Source: Prorocentrum cordatum (lineage: Eukaryota). From it: 53,380 bases of DNA. Position numbers and translations under genes: made by a program. The stretch covers positions 62,001 through 115,380 of the forward strand of contig CAUYUJ010000321.1 of NCBI GenBank assembly GCA_963575745.1, written 5' to 3'. Of this stretch, positions 12,834 through 26,699 are shown in pieces (position 1 is the first letter of the stretch; every line of letters begins with the position of its first letter). A model generated the notes under the pieces. The model saw only the letters and a list, made by a program, of their open reading frames with translations, was not told the DNA's origin and ran no database searches.

Positions 12834-13807
12834 TGACCCGACATGTTTCTTGGTTTCCGTCTTCCCCCCCGCTTCCCATACTTCCCAATATTCCGGGGAA
12901 TCGACGATTACTTGCGCCTGTGTGTTTTTCCCTCCTGACAAAAGGCCCAGGGATGAGGGGGACCAGCTCGTACCCCACTTGCAGGCTCCGCGCAGGAGTG
13001 AGCCAAGACAAGGGTGACGTTTGGTGCTCGGCCTCAGAGGGCCGCGAGGGGGCCGCTCTGACGCGCGGCCCAACCTGGGCGGCCTGCGCTGCCTCCTCTG
13101 ACAACCCTCCTCGCGACAGGGGCGGTGCGGACGGAGGTGACCGGCTCGGGGGGAAGATATATACCCAAGGGCTCCCAACTTCGCGCTTCGCGCAGCGCGA
13201 AGCGCGAAGTGCGAATAGCTTCGCGCTCTCGCGCCGCCTCCCAGGGGAGAAAAAGCAGAACGAAGAGGAATCGGAGCCGAAGTCTGAAGCGCGAAGCGCG
13301 AATGACTTCGCGCCCTCGAGGGCGCCCTTGAGACCTGGAATCGATGATGCATCGCTGACGGATCGACGATAGGCCAGGGCTACCGCATCCGCAAGATGTG
13401 CTGGGCCAGGGCTGGGGCCACCGGGCGCCCTTCGTCGATCGGTGGGCGACTGGAGGACGATGCGCCCCCTGGAGAGAGCCGGGCCACCTGGCCTTCGGAC
13501 TGGCCCACCGGAGGGCGTGCGAGCGGGCCCAGAGCGGAGCGGCAAGAGGCAGGGGAGCCGTGGTATGGACCGCCCTCGAACCGCGCCGGAGGGACCAGCG
13601 GAAAGAACTGGGCCGTCGCTGCCGACGTCGAGGCCCGAGTTAAGGTCAAGTCGAACGTGTCCCCCTACAGGGGGACTTTTTGGGCGAAAAAAAAACTCAA
13701 ACAAAAATGCCCACCAAGTACTCGAAAACCGTCAGAAAATCGTCCCCAGACAATTGTTTTACTACTTTTTTGAATACTCCCCCTGTGAGGGACACGCCCG
13801 ACTTAAC

Positions 13808-13970
13808 TGAAGGGGCCCTGGGACACACAAATAAATACACACAAATAAAAATATCGCCCATATTTTCCTTATTTCCTGGGGTTTTGTCTTCCCCACCACT
13901 TCCCATATTTTCCCATATTTTCTGGGGAATCGCCGATTAATTGTGTCTGTGTGTTTCTTTCCCCTCCTGA
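13808..13970. mobile_element. MITE family B (TGAAGGGG...CCCTCCTGA), 5-bp TSD TTAAC
   Basis: Exact TSD. Other copies at ~12840-12938 (partial), ~14095-14265, 33172-34125 (composite) and ~36366-36520. Confidence 0.85.
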
Positions 13971-14593
13971 TTAACGCGAGGGCGCGGCCACGAAGAGGTG
14001 CGCCGTACGCGAGAGCCCCCGAGGCCATGGCACCAGCGAGGGGGGGGGGCAGCCAGGAGCAGGAGGTCCGCTCGCCGGAGAGCAAGCTGAGTAGCAAGGG
14101 GCCCAAGGACACACAATTAAATGCACACAGATAACAGGATTCCCGTATATTTTCATATATGCTCTGGGTCTTTGTCTCCCCTCCCCCCCACACTTCCCAT
14201 ATTTTCCCATATTTTCTGGGGAATCGACGATTGATTGTGTCTGTGTGTGTTGTTTTCCCTCCTGAAGTAAGCTGAGTAGAAGGAGAGGAGGGTGGTCAGG
14301 CACTCAGAAGGCCCAGGGTGCGAGACGAGGACTGGTAGCCAGTCTCGAGATTGCTCCTACACCCAAGATCGACAAGGCAGGAGGCGATGGCGAGCACAGG
14401 GATGCGCCCTCAGAAACTGAGGGGATCGCGATCGGCATGGAGACAAGGTGGCAACAATCCTGCAATGAGGGCATGTTTCAGGCCTTGTAGATTGGCACGG
14501 AAGGTTCGTGTCGTGCCGACTTCGGCGTTGGTTTCTGACACAGCGGGGATCGCTCCATCTTGAACGATCGGCCGTTTCTGGAATGGCCGCTCC

Positions 14594-14768
14594 TTGGGCG
14601 TGGCTTAATGGGGGGGTCTCAAATGGGGGGGTCAGAAAAGGTCCCCTTCCGTGCCCCTTTCGGGCCCCTCCAGAGCCCCAGGGGGCTCGCTTAGGTACCG
14701 TTTGGGTACCTTCTCGGACCACGCTCGCCACCCCCCCAGTTATGACCCCCCCATTACGCGGCGCCCAA
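14594..14768. mobile_element. MITE (TTGGG...CCCAA), 5-bp TSD GCTCC
   Basis: TIR TTGGGCG..TAATGGGGGGGTC; exact TSD. Confidence 0.85.
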
Positions 14769-15589
14769 GCTCCTTCGAATGGACCGACTCCGGGTCGCCC
14801 GCGGCGCTCCGCGCTGCGCTCCGGCGGCAGGGTCCGCCGCCGGTCGACGCGGCGCGAGCCCACCGCAGGATGGAGGAGCAGGAGGCCTGTCGTGAACCAC
14901 CGAGGAGCAGCCAGGCGCTGTGGGTTGCCAGCCTCGAACGTATCCCTACCCCTAAGACTGACACGCCAAAAGGCGATGGCAATCTTAGGGATTCGCCCTC
15001 AAAAAATAAGGGAACCCCTAAGATTGGCATCGTGATGAGGAGGTGCCCAGCATAGGGACAGGGATGTGTTCCAGGCTGGTAAGTGGGGCCAGTCTTGACC
15101 CGGCCGTGCTCCAGGCGGGGCCGCGCGCGCAGCCTCGACGGGTGCCCGTCGGGTGGGCGAGGCCACAGCTGCGCACTGCCGCCGGAGAAGGAGCGGGAGG
15201 AGGGGCAGGACGAGGAGAAGATAGCTCATACCGTCGGGGCGTTGACCTAAGGAACCCTAAATAAGGAACGAGGCCCCTTTTGTCCACAAGTTAAACTTCG
15301 ATTCCCCATCGGAAATCCAAGGATCCCCTATGAGCGACCCCTTCAAAAGAACTCCCTGCTAAGGGTTCTTTGTAAGGGTTACATACGGAGGATCCCTTGA
15401 TAATGACGCTATACGATGGCTGCGTTAATCTGAATTCCTGCCGAGGGTTCGTCCCTCAGAATTCCCATCACAGGATTCTTCACCAGGAATGCCTCACGAA
15501 GGAGTCCATACCAGGGATTCCTTACTAAGGAGTCCTTACTAAGATGTCCTCAACGCGGATTCTCGATTAAGGAGTCGCCACTAGAGGTT

Positions 15590-15786
15590 ATTACCACCAC
15601 CATCCTCCTCCTCATCATCATCCTCCCCATCGTCATCCCCACCATCATCCTCATTGACACCACTACCATAAACATCAACCTCATCGAACATAACATCCAC
15701 CACATCACCGTCATCATCAGCATCATCAGCAGCATCAGCACCAGCATCGGCACAAGCACAGACATCGTCAACACCATCACGATTCC

Positions 15787-15845
<59 letters not shown>

Positions 15846-16435
15846 CACGCATCATCATCAGCAGCACCAGCATCGCCCTCATGCCCATCGCCTCATGATC
15901 ACCATCATCATCATCATCACCACCATCATCAACAACGGCATCATCATCGTCATCAGCAGCAGCAGCATCCCCTTCATCTTCATCCTCATCAACAGCCGCA
16001 TCATCAGCATCAGCATCATCACCATCATCAACAGCATCATCAGCACCATCATCATCAGCATTCGCATCATCATCAGCAGCATCATCATGATAATCACCTC
16101 GCGCTATCATCATCAACATCAGCATAGACAGCATCGCCATCGTCATCCTGAGCAGCATCAGCATCAACATCAAAAGTAGCAGCATCATCATCCTCATCAT
16201 CATCAGTATCAGGATCACCGATAACATGATCAGAAACAGAATTATCACCACCATCATCATATTCCTCGTTCTCGTCCTCATCCTCATCCTCGCCAACCTC
16301 ATCATCATTGTCAGCATCCCCATCATCCCCACCAATCCCCCCATCATCAGCATCATCATCATCATCACCCTCATCCTCGTCCTCATCACTAATCCTCATT
16401 CTCGTCACCATCATCATCATCAGCATCATCATCAG

Positions 16436-16489
<54 letters not shown>

Positions 16490-16519
16490 GATCATCATCA
16501 TCAACGTCATCATCATCAT

Positions 16520-16569
<50 letters not shown>

Positions 16570-16570
16570 G

Positions 16571-16605
<35 letters not shown>

Positions 16606-16609
16606 GCAG

Positions 16610-16664
<55 letters not shown>

Positions 16665-16693
16665 AGCATCATCATCATCATCATCATCATCAT

Positions 16694-16737
<44 letters not shown>

Positions 16738-17861
16738 CCATCATCATCCCTGCAATCCGAATAGTCATCATCATCCCCATCACGGCTCTCCCTAGCCTTT
16801 CAGAACCAGATGTCACACGTCACAGCCTCCAGCACCGCCTCAAAACGTTGCAACCCCGAATGCTGGGCTGGCGCCTTGGCGTGGCTTGCCGCAGGCATTT
16901 GGATATCCTCGATCATCCTCGTCCTCATCCTCTTCCTCTTCCGCAGCCATCGACCCCCAACCTCCTGAGACCCACTCGTGCAAAATTATCCTGGAACCTC
17001 ATCCTCGGTCCTCCCCTCCCTTCCCCTGTTAGTGCCTGCATCCTGGATCATCAACCTCCTCCGCGTCGATATCATCACTATCATCGCGATCACTACCACC
17101 ACCAGTATCAGCATAATCACCATCATCCTTGTCAGCATCAGCATCAGCATCAGCATCAGCATCGCCATCACCCCCCATCACCATCGGCATCTGCATCAAC
17201 ATCACCATGATCATAATCATCGTAACCATCACCAGCATCCCAATCAGCAACGTCATCCTCATGTCCATCCTCCTCACCATCACCATCATAATCCTCTTCT
17301 TTATCACCAATCAGCATCACATAATCACCAGCAGCACCTTCATTGTCATCATCGTCAACGGCATCGTCATCATCATTGGAGTCCACATCATCATCCTCGG
17401 TCCAATCCCCATCAGGGTCATCACCATCATCGGAATAACGTGGAATACAATCAATGTCATCATCATCCTCGCCACAACAAAAAACGTCATGAACAGCAGC
17501 ATCATGATCATCATCAGCATCATCATCACCGTCATCATCATCATCTGCATATTCCTTGGCATCACCATCATCACCATCATCATGATCAGCATCATCAGCG
17601 GAAACAGCATTATCAGCATCGTCATCATCATCCTCATCACCATCATCAACATCTTCATCATCGACCTCATCATCATAATCATCATCATCAACGTCATCAG
17701 CATCATCATCATCGCTGTCGTCATCATGATCATCAGCAGCAGCATCATCATCATCGTTATCATCATCCTCATCATCATCCTCATCCTCATCCTCATCCTC
17801 ATCCTCATCATCATCATCCTCATCCTCATCCTCATCCTCATCCTCATCCTCATCCTCATCC

Positions 17862-17927
<66 letters not shown>

Positions 17928-17960
17928 CCAGAGCCATCATCACCGTCATAATCACCGTAA
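15590..17960. repeat. Degenerate (CAT)n microsatellite field; also 23180-23505 and 24380-24730
   Basis: Source of the poly-H/I/M/D ORFs. Confidence 0.95.
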
Positions 17961-17964
17961 TCCT

Positions 17965-18705
17965 CTAGAGAATTCGCAGCGATTCCTCAGGAACCATCCA
18001 AGACTCCGCAGGCATCCTCAGGAATTCTTCAGAAATCCTCAGGAATCCTCAGGAATTCTTCGAATCGGTCAAGACTCTCTGAGAAAACCGCAGGAATCCT
18101 CAGGAATCCTTCCGGAATCCTCAGGACTGCTCAGGAATCGTCAGGCATCTTTCAGGAAACGTCAGGCATCCTTCAGGGCTCGGTCAAGGATCCTTCATAA
18201 ATCCTTCGAGGATCCTGCAAAACCCCTGGAATCCTTGAGGAATCCTTCAGAATCCCTAGCCATCCTCAGGAATCCTCAGACATCCTCAAGAACCCTCAAA
18301 AATTCCTCAGCATCGTCCGGAATCCGCTGGAAGCTTCAGGAATCCAGAGGAATCCTCAGGAACCCTCCAGAATCCTTCAGGACCCCCCAAAAGAAACCCT
18401 CAGTAATCATTCTGGAATCTGACAGAGATTCCTCAGAAATTCTCCAGGAATCGAGTCCTGCAAAAAACCCAGGGGACCTTCAGAAGTCGCAAGAAGCCGA
18501 ATGACTCCTTAGGAATCCTTCAGGAATCCACAGGAATCTTGCGGAAACCTCAGAAATTCCCCATGAAGGATTCAGGAATCCTCCAGGAATCGAAAGGAAT
18601 CTTTCAGGAATCCCCTGGCATCCTGCCAGAGTACCCTCAGAACTCTTTTCTAGGAATCCTTCAGAAAGCCGTGAATAATGATTTCAGAATCCTCAAGAAT
18701 CCCTA
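17965..18705. repeat. Degenerate 10-11-bp satellite (CAGGAATCCT)
   Basis: Dozens of GGAATCCT units. Confidence 0.85.
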
Positions 18706-19196
18706 CGAGGCCTCCCTTTCACAAACACGGGCACCCCAAGAGACTCATAGGAGGTCCGAAGGCCCCCCTGGAGGTCCGTTGGGGTGTTGGTGTTGGTGTG
18801 GGGAGTGGACCGGGCTGCCAACGAACGCGTCCATCAACAAATACAACCATTACGACAACAAGCGCAAACAGGCAGAAAACAACTCAAAAAGAATGAAGGC
18901 CAGCGACGTCGCTCAGTCGAGACACACCCGCTAGCTTCGAACATGCAAAATGCAAGCATCGCAAGAAGGAGAAGATGAGGGGGTCGCTAGGAGGTAGCAG
19001 CGGGTTATGAGGTTCGGAGGGCATGGAGCGGAGGGGCGAGACGTCATGCAAAGCCAATTCCGTTGCATACGACCTGTCGGTGCCACACTGAAGGACATCA
19101 AGGAGCGGAGGGGAGAGGCGCCATGCAAAGCAACACATAATTCAGTACGAACTGTTGGTGCAACAGAAAGATATCCAGCACAAGTCAATGTTCGAG

Positions 19197-19389
19197 TCGG
19201 GAGCGGCCAAGAGGGGGGTGTCCAACGGGGGGGGTGCAAATCATGACCGGCGGCATGTGCGCGGCCCAGCGGGGGGGCCAGGGACGTCATGAAATAAGAA
19301 GAGGCGCCATGAAATCTGGGGAAACATCATGGCCCACGCCATGATATTCACCCCCCCCTAGTCATCACCCCTCTCTTTTCCGCCCCCGA
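19197..19389. mobile_element. MITE (TCGGG...CCCGA), 5-bp TSD TCGAG
   Basis: About 50-bp imperfect TIR ending in ATCATG; exact TSD. Confidence 0.85.
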
Positions 19390-19703
19390 TCGAGGGCCCT
19401 TGCAATCAGATGCAGCAGAAGGCCCTTTGAAATTAGACAGCAAAGTTATAAAGGCAGAGCTCAACAGACATGGCCTCTGCAACGCGAGGACGTCGTGCGC
19501 GCTTGCTTCAAAGTGTGCCACGCATTGGTCGGCGCTCGAGTACGTCACACGTCGCCTCTGCCTGAAACCGAATGGCCCTGAACCCCGCCAAGGCGCATCT
19601 CGTATACCCTCTGTCGCCCACCCCGTCCGATGACTCCGGCTGTTCCTGCCGCTGGCCCCATGGAGCTGTCGAACCCTTCCTCTATCAGATCAGACAGGGG
19701 ATA

Positions 19704-19878
19704 CAGTCGGGGCGTTGACCTAAGGAACCCTAAATAAGGAACGAGGCCCCTTTGTTCTACAAGTTAAACTCCGATTTCCCATCGGAAACATAAGGACAAC
19801 CTGAGGCAAGCTGTGAAACAATCAAGGAACACCGAGCCCCTCCCAACAGAAAGGGTTCCTTCTTCAGCGCCCCGACTG
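19704..19878. mobile_element. Tc1/mariner(pogo)-type MITE, TA TSD; truncated copy at 15231-15315
   Basis: TA|CAGTCGGGGCG..AAGGAACCCT ... AGGGTTCCTT..CGCCCCGACTG|TA. Confidence 0.85.
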
Positions 19879-22371
19879 TATGTCGACCCGTATCCCAGGC
19901 TTCGTGTTGTTCTCGAACAGACCAGACACTTGCGGCCAAACCCTGGGATACACGATGGGGGGCGCCCGCCCTCGCTGGGGGCGCGTACCCTTAGCCCCCG
20001 TTGGGGCGCATCCCCAGGATCCCGCCTTGCCCTGAACGGCCACACTCGTCGAGCGGAACTCAGGGACCGGTTGGCGGTGCGCAGAGAGGGGCAGAAAAAG
20101 AGGGGGGGGGGGAGGGCTTCTTGGAGGCATGCTGCTTCCTAGAAGGCGCCTGCGTTCCGCGCCTCCTAGGAAGCAGGGGCGCTGCTGAGCAGCCTTCCGC
20201 CCTCCTCCTCCTCCTCCACCTCGTCCTCCTCCTCCTCCTCCTCATCCTCCTCCTCCTCCTCCTCCTCCTCCTCCTCCTCCTCCTCCTCCGCCTCCTCCTC
20301 CTCCTCCTCCTCCTCCTCCTCCTCCTCCTCCTCCTATCCTCCTCCTCCTCCTATCCTCCTCCTCCTCCTCCTCCTCCTCCTCCTCCTCCTCCCTCCTCCT
20401 CCTCCTCCTCCTCTTCCCTCCTCCTCCTCTCCTCCTCCTCCTCCACATCCTCCTCCTCCTCCTATACCCCTCGCCGCGCGTGGCCAAACCGGGGCGAGGC
20501 AGCGGCAGGGCCCAGGGCCCGAGGCCCGCGGGCGCCTCCCTCGGCGATGCGGGGGGGGGGGGGGCGGGGGGCGGAGCCGCCAGACTGCCCAGCGGTGGCC
20601 GACCAGGCCAATATCGGGTCGGGCGAAAGGGGGGGGATAGCAATAGGGAGCCCAGAAAGGACGTACGCGCCCAGCTATGTACATGAATACGGCCCCTTGG
20701 TCCGCGAGACTGGCCGCGTTACACAAACATTTGCGCAATGCGTACCCTCGAAACCAGCGTAGATTCATGTACGTGTACGTCCTTCTGTTGCTCCTGAAGC
20801 AAAGGGGGGGGGTCAGAATCAGCTCAAGCAGCTGGCTTTCCCGGCGCCTCCCGGCGCCCGGGAGGCGCCTGTGCATCGAGGGGTGGGCCTGGCGGCGAGG
20901 CCGAAACCAGCTGCGTGCAGCAGATTTCGTAGCCCCCCCTTTCACAATCCCCCCCTTTCTTCTTTCTCTCCGAATCTCGACGGACCAACCTGGGCCTCAG
21001 CGGACCTTCCCAGTAGAGACAGGGAGCGACGAGGCCGATACGACGGGACGAACCTGCGACGAAACACAGACCGACGAAAGGACAGACGGACGGCCAAACA
21101 CACAGATACACCGCTCCCAGCCAGAAGGAGGCTCTGGGCTTGGGCAATGACCCTTAGCGGCGCAAGCCGATCAAGCCCAACGTCAGGAGCAACGGAGTGT
21201 GAGAGAACCGCTCCCCATCCCAAAGCCCGAGAGCTAATAGTGGAGAGGAGTAAGAGTCGAGAGACACCACAGTGGCGATTGTTCCTGTCGCCAGAGGTCT
21301 AGGTGTTAATGATCATCATGCGAAATGGGAGGGAACGAGTTCGGCGCACGGCCGGTCTCGCCGCTGCGCCGAGGAAGCGTGCAACCAGTTATACGCCTCT
21401 GGAGCATGCAGCCACACGCCGCCGCCAGACCTGCCGAGACAGGTCCTGGGCCCCAGACAGCAGACGATGGACGACCACGACGACGACGACGACCATGACG
21501 GCGACAGCGACGGCTGCAAGGGAGCTTTCACGCCAGCCCGGGGTCTACGGGGAGAGGGGAATGACCAGCACCACCAGGCCCCCGCAGGTCACGCATGGCC
21601 AGGATCGTGGTGCATGCGGATGCGGCCTCCCAGCCCGCCGGGAGCCGATCAGGTCCACCACCAACCACCTCTGGGCCCAGACTAAGCCTGCGGAGGCTTG
21701 TGGGCACTGATGAATTCGCCTCTCCCGAGCCCAGGACGCATGTTGCGTCTTGGGGGGGCCTTGTCCGCCCTATCGCGCCGCTGAGCGCGTCGGGTCCACG
21801 ACTCATCACGTCGACACGCATCAGCCATGGGACACAAAACGCCACCTACATGACAGGCACGGACACTCGAAGTTACAACGTACAGTCGTCGTGCCACTCT
21901 AAAGAACGAGGCCACGGCGAGCCTCGGCCACGAACAGGTTCAACGAGCTAGGTATCCGGAACGGACCGAACACGAGAGCCCCGCCCGAGCCCAAGACTAT
22001 CCTTTTCTCAACGCCTTGACTGTGAGGGGCGGGCACGGACGGTTGGAGCGGCAGTGCAACCTGCTGGCCATCGCTCGGACGTCCATTCCCTGTGTTTTTG
22101 TTCGGTTTCGTGCGTGGTTGTTTCGCCAAATGATCAAGGATGTTCCTCGATGGTTCTCGCCGAGAAAAAATGCACACGTCAGAGCGATGCCAAGCCGGAG
22201 GGACCCGAGGGCGGAAGAGCACGTGTGTGAACAGCAGATCCGACGTCCGAGGGCGGCAAGGCTCCTGGCGGGCGCCAGCGCCCCGAGGTCACCCGAAGGC
22301 CCCACGAGGCCCAGAGCGGACGGTAGCGCCACCAAAATCGTCGGCCCTTGTGGCGAATGGTTTGGCGTGAA

Positions 22372-22543
22372 TCGGGGATGGACAGACCTCCCTTTAGTAA
22401 AACGTGGTTTGGTGAAAACGACCTGAGACTCAAACCTGGCGGGCGCAAGCCTGGAAAAGAACGGCCGCGGCGAACTCTCGAGAACCGAAAACGGACAATT
22501 CACTAATCGACGTGTCACTATTGGGGGTTCTGTCCGCCCCCGA
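22372..22543. mobile_element. MITE (TCGG...CCGA), 5-bp TSD 4/5; related copy at 34198-34682
   Basis: 21-bp TIR, flanks GTGAA/GCGAA. The second copy shares GAACCGAAAACGG and TAATCGACGTGTCA, with flanks TCGGC/TCAGC. Confidence 0.75.
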
Positions 22544-23202
22544 GCGAAGCAGACGGGTCCTGACGGAAGCGGATCCTGCACCGCAGGGCCTTCCCCCAGG
22601 AGCAGCGTTCCGTCCCGAGCCAGTGCTTGACGAGATCGCGGCCCACGGAGGGCCCCGAGGGCCCGAAAAGCGGGCCAAAGCCTCCGAGACCCAGTTCCCT
22701 CAGAACCCGCTTGCTTCATGGCGAAGGGTGTCTGGGGCTGGGCGGCGGCTAGCGGCTGCAGGTCTCCGGTGATGCCGCGCGGGCTGCGTATGAGCCCGGG
22801 GCAAACCTTCAGGCCCAGGAGCCGAGCCCTCGCCTCAGTCTCGGGCGCGGCCAGGAGGTGGCCCTGGACCAATTGTGCCCTCAGGATTCCCAAGGAGGCC
22901 CCCACGAGGGGGAGGAGGAGGGGGAGGGGGAGGGGGAGGGGGAGGGGGGGGGGGGGGGGGCCCAGTGGCCCCAGGCCAGCGCGAGAAGCCTGGGACACCT
23001 TGGGCCAGGAGCACCTCTAGCAACCCCCCGGACGCCCGCTGACCCTGCCGTGGGTCGAGCGGCGGCGGCGGCCTCTGGGGCGCCAGAAGCTCCAAAAGGC
23101 ACCTCTCGTGCATCTCCACGGTCACGAGACCGATTTCAGACCTCCTCCTCCTCCTCCTCCTCCTCCTCCTCCTCCTCCTCAGCATCAGCATCAGCATCAT
23201 CG

Positions 23203-23278
<76 letters not shown>

Positions 23279-23293
23279 TTCATCATCATCATG

Positions 23294-23374
<81 letters not shown>

Positions 23375-23383
23375 TTCATCATC

Positions 23384-23503
<120 letters not shown>

Positions 23504-23535
23504 GTCCTCGTCCTCGTCCTTGTCCTCGTCCCCTC

Positions 23536-23579
<44 letters not shown>

Positions 23580-23769
23580 TCTCCTCCTCTTCCTCCTCTT
23601 CCTCCTCCTGCTCCTCCTCCTCTTCTTAGTATTAGTGTCAGCCTTGTTAGTAGCATAATTGTTGTTGCTATTATTATTAGTATTCATAGGATCAGTATCA
23701 TTCGTATTATTTTTCTGTAAGTATGAATATTATTGTTATTAGTATGGTTCCTCTTATTCCTTGTATTCC

Positions 23770-24665
23770 TCGTCTTACTCTTCTTCCTCCTCCTCCTCCT
23801 CCCCCTCCTCTTCCTCCTCCTCCTCCTCCTCCTCCTCCTCCTCCTCCTCCTCCTCCTCCTCCTCCGCATCCTCCTCCGCCTCCGCCTCCGCGACCGACTC
23901 GCTTCCGCTCCGCCTCCGCCTCCGACTCCGCCTCCTCCTCCTCCTCCTCCCTCCGCCTCCTCCGCCCTCCTCTCCTCCGCCTCTCCTCCATCAACCTCCT
24001 CCTCCTCTCCTCCGCCCTCCTCTGCTCCGCCTCCGCCTCCGCCCCGCTACCGCCTCCGCCTACGCCCCCGCCTCCGACTCCGCCTCGCCACATCCTCCTC
24101 CCCCTCCTCCTCCCCCTCCCCTCCCCCGCCTCATCTTTCCTCCTTTTCCTTGTTTATTCTCCTCCTCCTCCTCCTACGCCCTCCTCCTCCTCACCCCTCC
24201 TCCTCCTCCTCCTCCGCCTCCTCCTCCTCCTCCTCTCCTCCTCCTCCTCTCCTCCTCCTCCTCCTCCTCCTCCTCCTCCTCCTCCTCCCTTCTCCTCCCC
24301 TCCGCCTCCGCCTCCTCCCCTCTCCTCCTCCTCCTCCTCCTCCTCCTCCTCCTCCTCCTCCTACCTGATCCTCCCTCCTCCTCATCATCATCATCATCAT
24401 CAATCATCATCATCATCATCAGCATCATCATCATCAGCATCATCACATCTCATCATCATCATCATCATCATCCATCATCATCATCATCACATCATCAGCA
24501 TCATCACATCATCATCAATCTCATCATCATCATCAGCATCGTCATCATCATCATCAGCATCATCATCATCAGCATCATCATCATCTTCATCATCATCATC
24601 ATTTATCATACATCATCATCATCAGCATTCATCATCATTAGCACATCATCCTCACCCATCATCAG

Positions 24666-24706
<41 letters not shown>

Positions 24707-25096
24707 GCAGCAGCATCATCATCATCATCATCCGCCTCCTCCTCCTCTTCCTTCTCCTCTTTCCTCTCTCCTCTCTCCTCTCGCCTCTCGCCTCTCTCCT
24801 CTCTCCTCTGTCCATTATCATCTCTCCTCTCTCCTCTCTCCTCTTCCTCTCTCCTCTCTCCTCTCTCCTATCTCTTCTCTCCTCTCTCCTCTCTCCTCGC
24901 TCCTCCCTCCTCTCTCCTCTTCCTCTCTCCTCTATCCTCTCTCTTCTCGTCCTCTATCCTCTCTCCTCTCTCCTCTCTCCTCTCTCCTCTCTCCTCCCTC
25001 CTCTGTCCTCTTTCCTTTCCTCCTCCTCCTCCTCCTCCTCCTACTCCTCCTCCTACTCCTCCTCCGGCCTCCTCCTCCTCCTCCTCCTCCTCCTCC
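23770..25096. repeat. (CCT)n/(CAT)n/(CTCTC)n pyrimidine-rich field 5' of the LINE; (CCT)n resumes at 31686-31968
   Basis: Directly visible. Similar (GAG/CCT)n tracts at 5150-5560, 5760-5910 and 20200-20463. Confidence 0.95.
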
Positions 25097-25118
25097 TCCG
25101 TAGCCATTTTGGCTCAAG
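25097..25118 (+). other. Dinoflagellate spliced leader, perfect 22/22 copy
   Basis: TCCGTAGCCATTTTGGCTCAAG matches the DinoSL consensus DCCGTAGCCATTTTGGCTCAAG. Confidence 0.97.
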
Positions 25119-25251
25119 GTTGGGGTTAAACCTATCCTTAACTTCCCAACCTCCGCTCGAGCAGCAACAGGTGCATGCGCCCCGCGCGCCCCCGCGGTCC
25201 CCCTGGCCTCACAGTTTTGGTGGTGAAGTTTCTTCATCTCGTGTGTCAGCC

Positions 25252-26699
25252 ATGGCAGACCAGCGCGCCTTCCATCAGTGCAGTAACCCGCAGTGCTCAG
25301 GATGGATCTGGGCAAATCGGCGGGCACAATTTTGTGGGGACTGTGGGTCCCCTTTCGGCAGGGCAGTTCGTTTTGCAGACCCCAGCCCCCAAAGCCAAAC
25401 CGGAGGCCAAGCCCCACGCCCGTGGCCCCCCAGGCCACGGGCGTTGGGGCAGGCGCTCTGGCAGCCGCCCTCCCCCCCCTGCAGGCGTTGGGGGAGGGAG
25501 TGGGGGGCGCCAGCAATCAGCCCCCCCAGCAGCGGCAGCGGCAGCAGACGGAGGAGGAGGAGGAGGAGGAGGAGGAGGCCCAGCAGCCTCGGCTGCTGCC
25601 AACAGCAGCCCTGATGCTGTCACCTTCGCCCAGGACCACCTCTCATTCCTCCGTCGTTCAGGACTCGACCAGGAGCACCCCCTCATCAAGGCAGCTACCC
25701 AGGAGCTTCAGCAAGCCAAACGGGCGGCTTTGGCATCGAGGAGCCTGGGGGAGCAAACTACGAGCCTGGTTGATCAGTTGGATGCCCAACGGAAAAAGAG
25801 AGCCAAGTTGGACGCCAGTAATAAGAAGTTGTTGGAACAAGTTGCCCAGTTGCTCGAGCAACATTCAAAGGGCGAACAAGAGTTCAACAAGTGCGAACAG
25901 GAGATCACGGCTCTCCAGGCTCAGCTTACTGTCACGAGGAATGCAGCAGCAGCAGAGCTTTCAGTACAGCAAGGAGTTGTTTCCTTTGTCCAGTCTCACC
26001 TCCCCACTCTCCCTGGGTATCAGCCTACACAGGTCCTCCAGGATGCTATGGGGGTTATGGTACGAGAGCTGGAGCAGGCCAGGCAGTTGCAGCAGAACGC
26101 AGCAACAGCCGCAGCAGCCCCAGCAGCACGGCCAGGAGGAGGAGCAGGCGGAGGAGGAGCCCCAGGAGGAGGAGCGGCAGAGACGGCAGCAGGGGCGGAC
26201 GGAGCACAGCGGAGAGCGCCTCCCGCCGCGCCCGCCGCGCCCGCCGCCCCCGCGGCGCCCCGCGCCGACGTGCCTCCGCCCGCCGAGCCTCCACCCGAGG
26301 GGGCAAACGCGGCAGGGAGGGCGGAGGGGCAGGGAGCGCCAGAGGAAGGCCGAGGAGCAGCAGGAGGACAGCAGCCGCAGCAGCAGCAGCAGCCTCAGCC
26401 TTCCCTCCAACCTCAGCAGCCTCCGCCCCAGCAGTCAGCAGCAACGGCAGCCCCAGCAGTGGCAGCAGTCAACGGCGGTAACGGTGACGGACTTAATGAC
26501 CCTATTCCAGATTCCCCAGCTGAGATGGATGGTTGAGCTCATGGATCAGGCCGATGCCACTAAGAAGCGGAGCCTGGCAGCTCACCTTGAAAAGCTGGTC
26601 CAAAGCATGGAGGGCAAGTCCGATGCTGACGAGGCCATCCTCAAGAGACTCCGAGTGCATCGTGATGCACTTCAGTCGGCTGGCCCGTCAGGTGGGTAA
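25252..26699 (+). pseudogene. LINE ORF1: N-terminal C4 zinc-ribbon-like motif, coiled coil, Ala/Pro/Gln linker
   Basis: ATG 25252 opens MADQRAFHQCSNPQC...FCGDCG. A shift in the C-run near 25475 leads to a heptad-rich segment (LVDQLDAQRKKRAKL...EITALQAQL). A second shift near 26530 leads to ...QSAGPSGG*. Confidence 0.75.

Noticed and set aside
25097..25160. Stand-alone SL RNA gene (SL followed by GT)
   Set aside because: Not in a tandem array or beside 5S/snRNA genes, and it runs straight into the LINE UTR. Kept only as an alternative reading.
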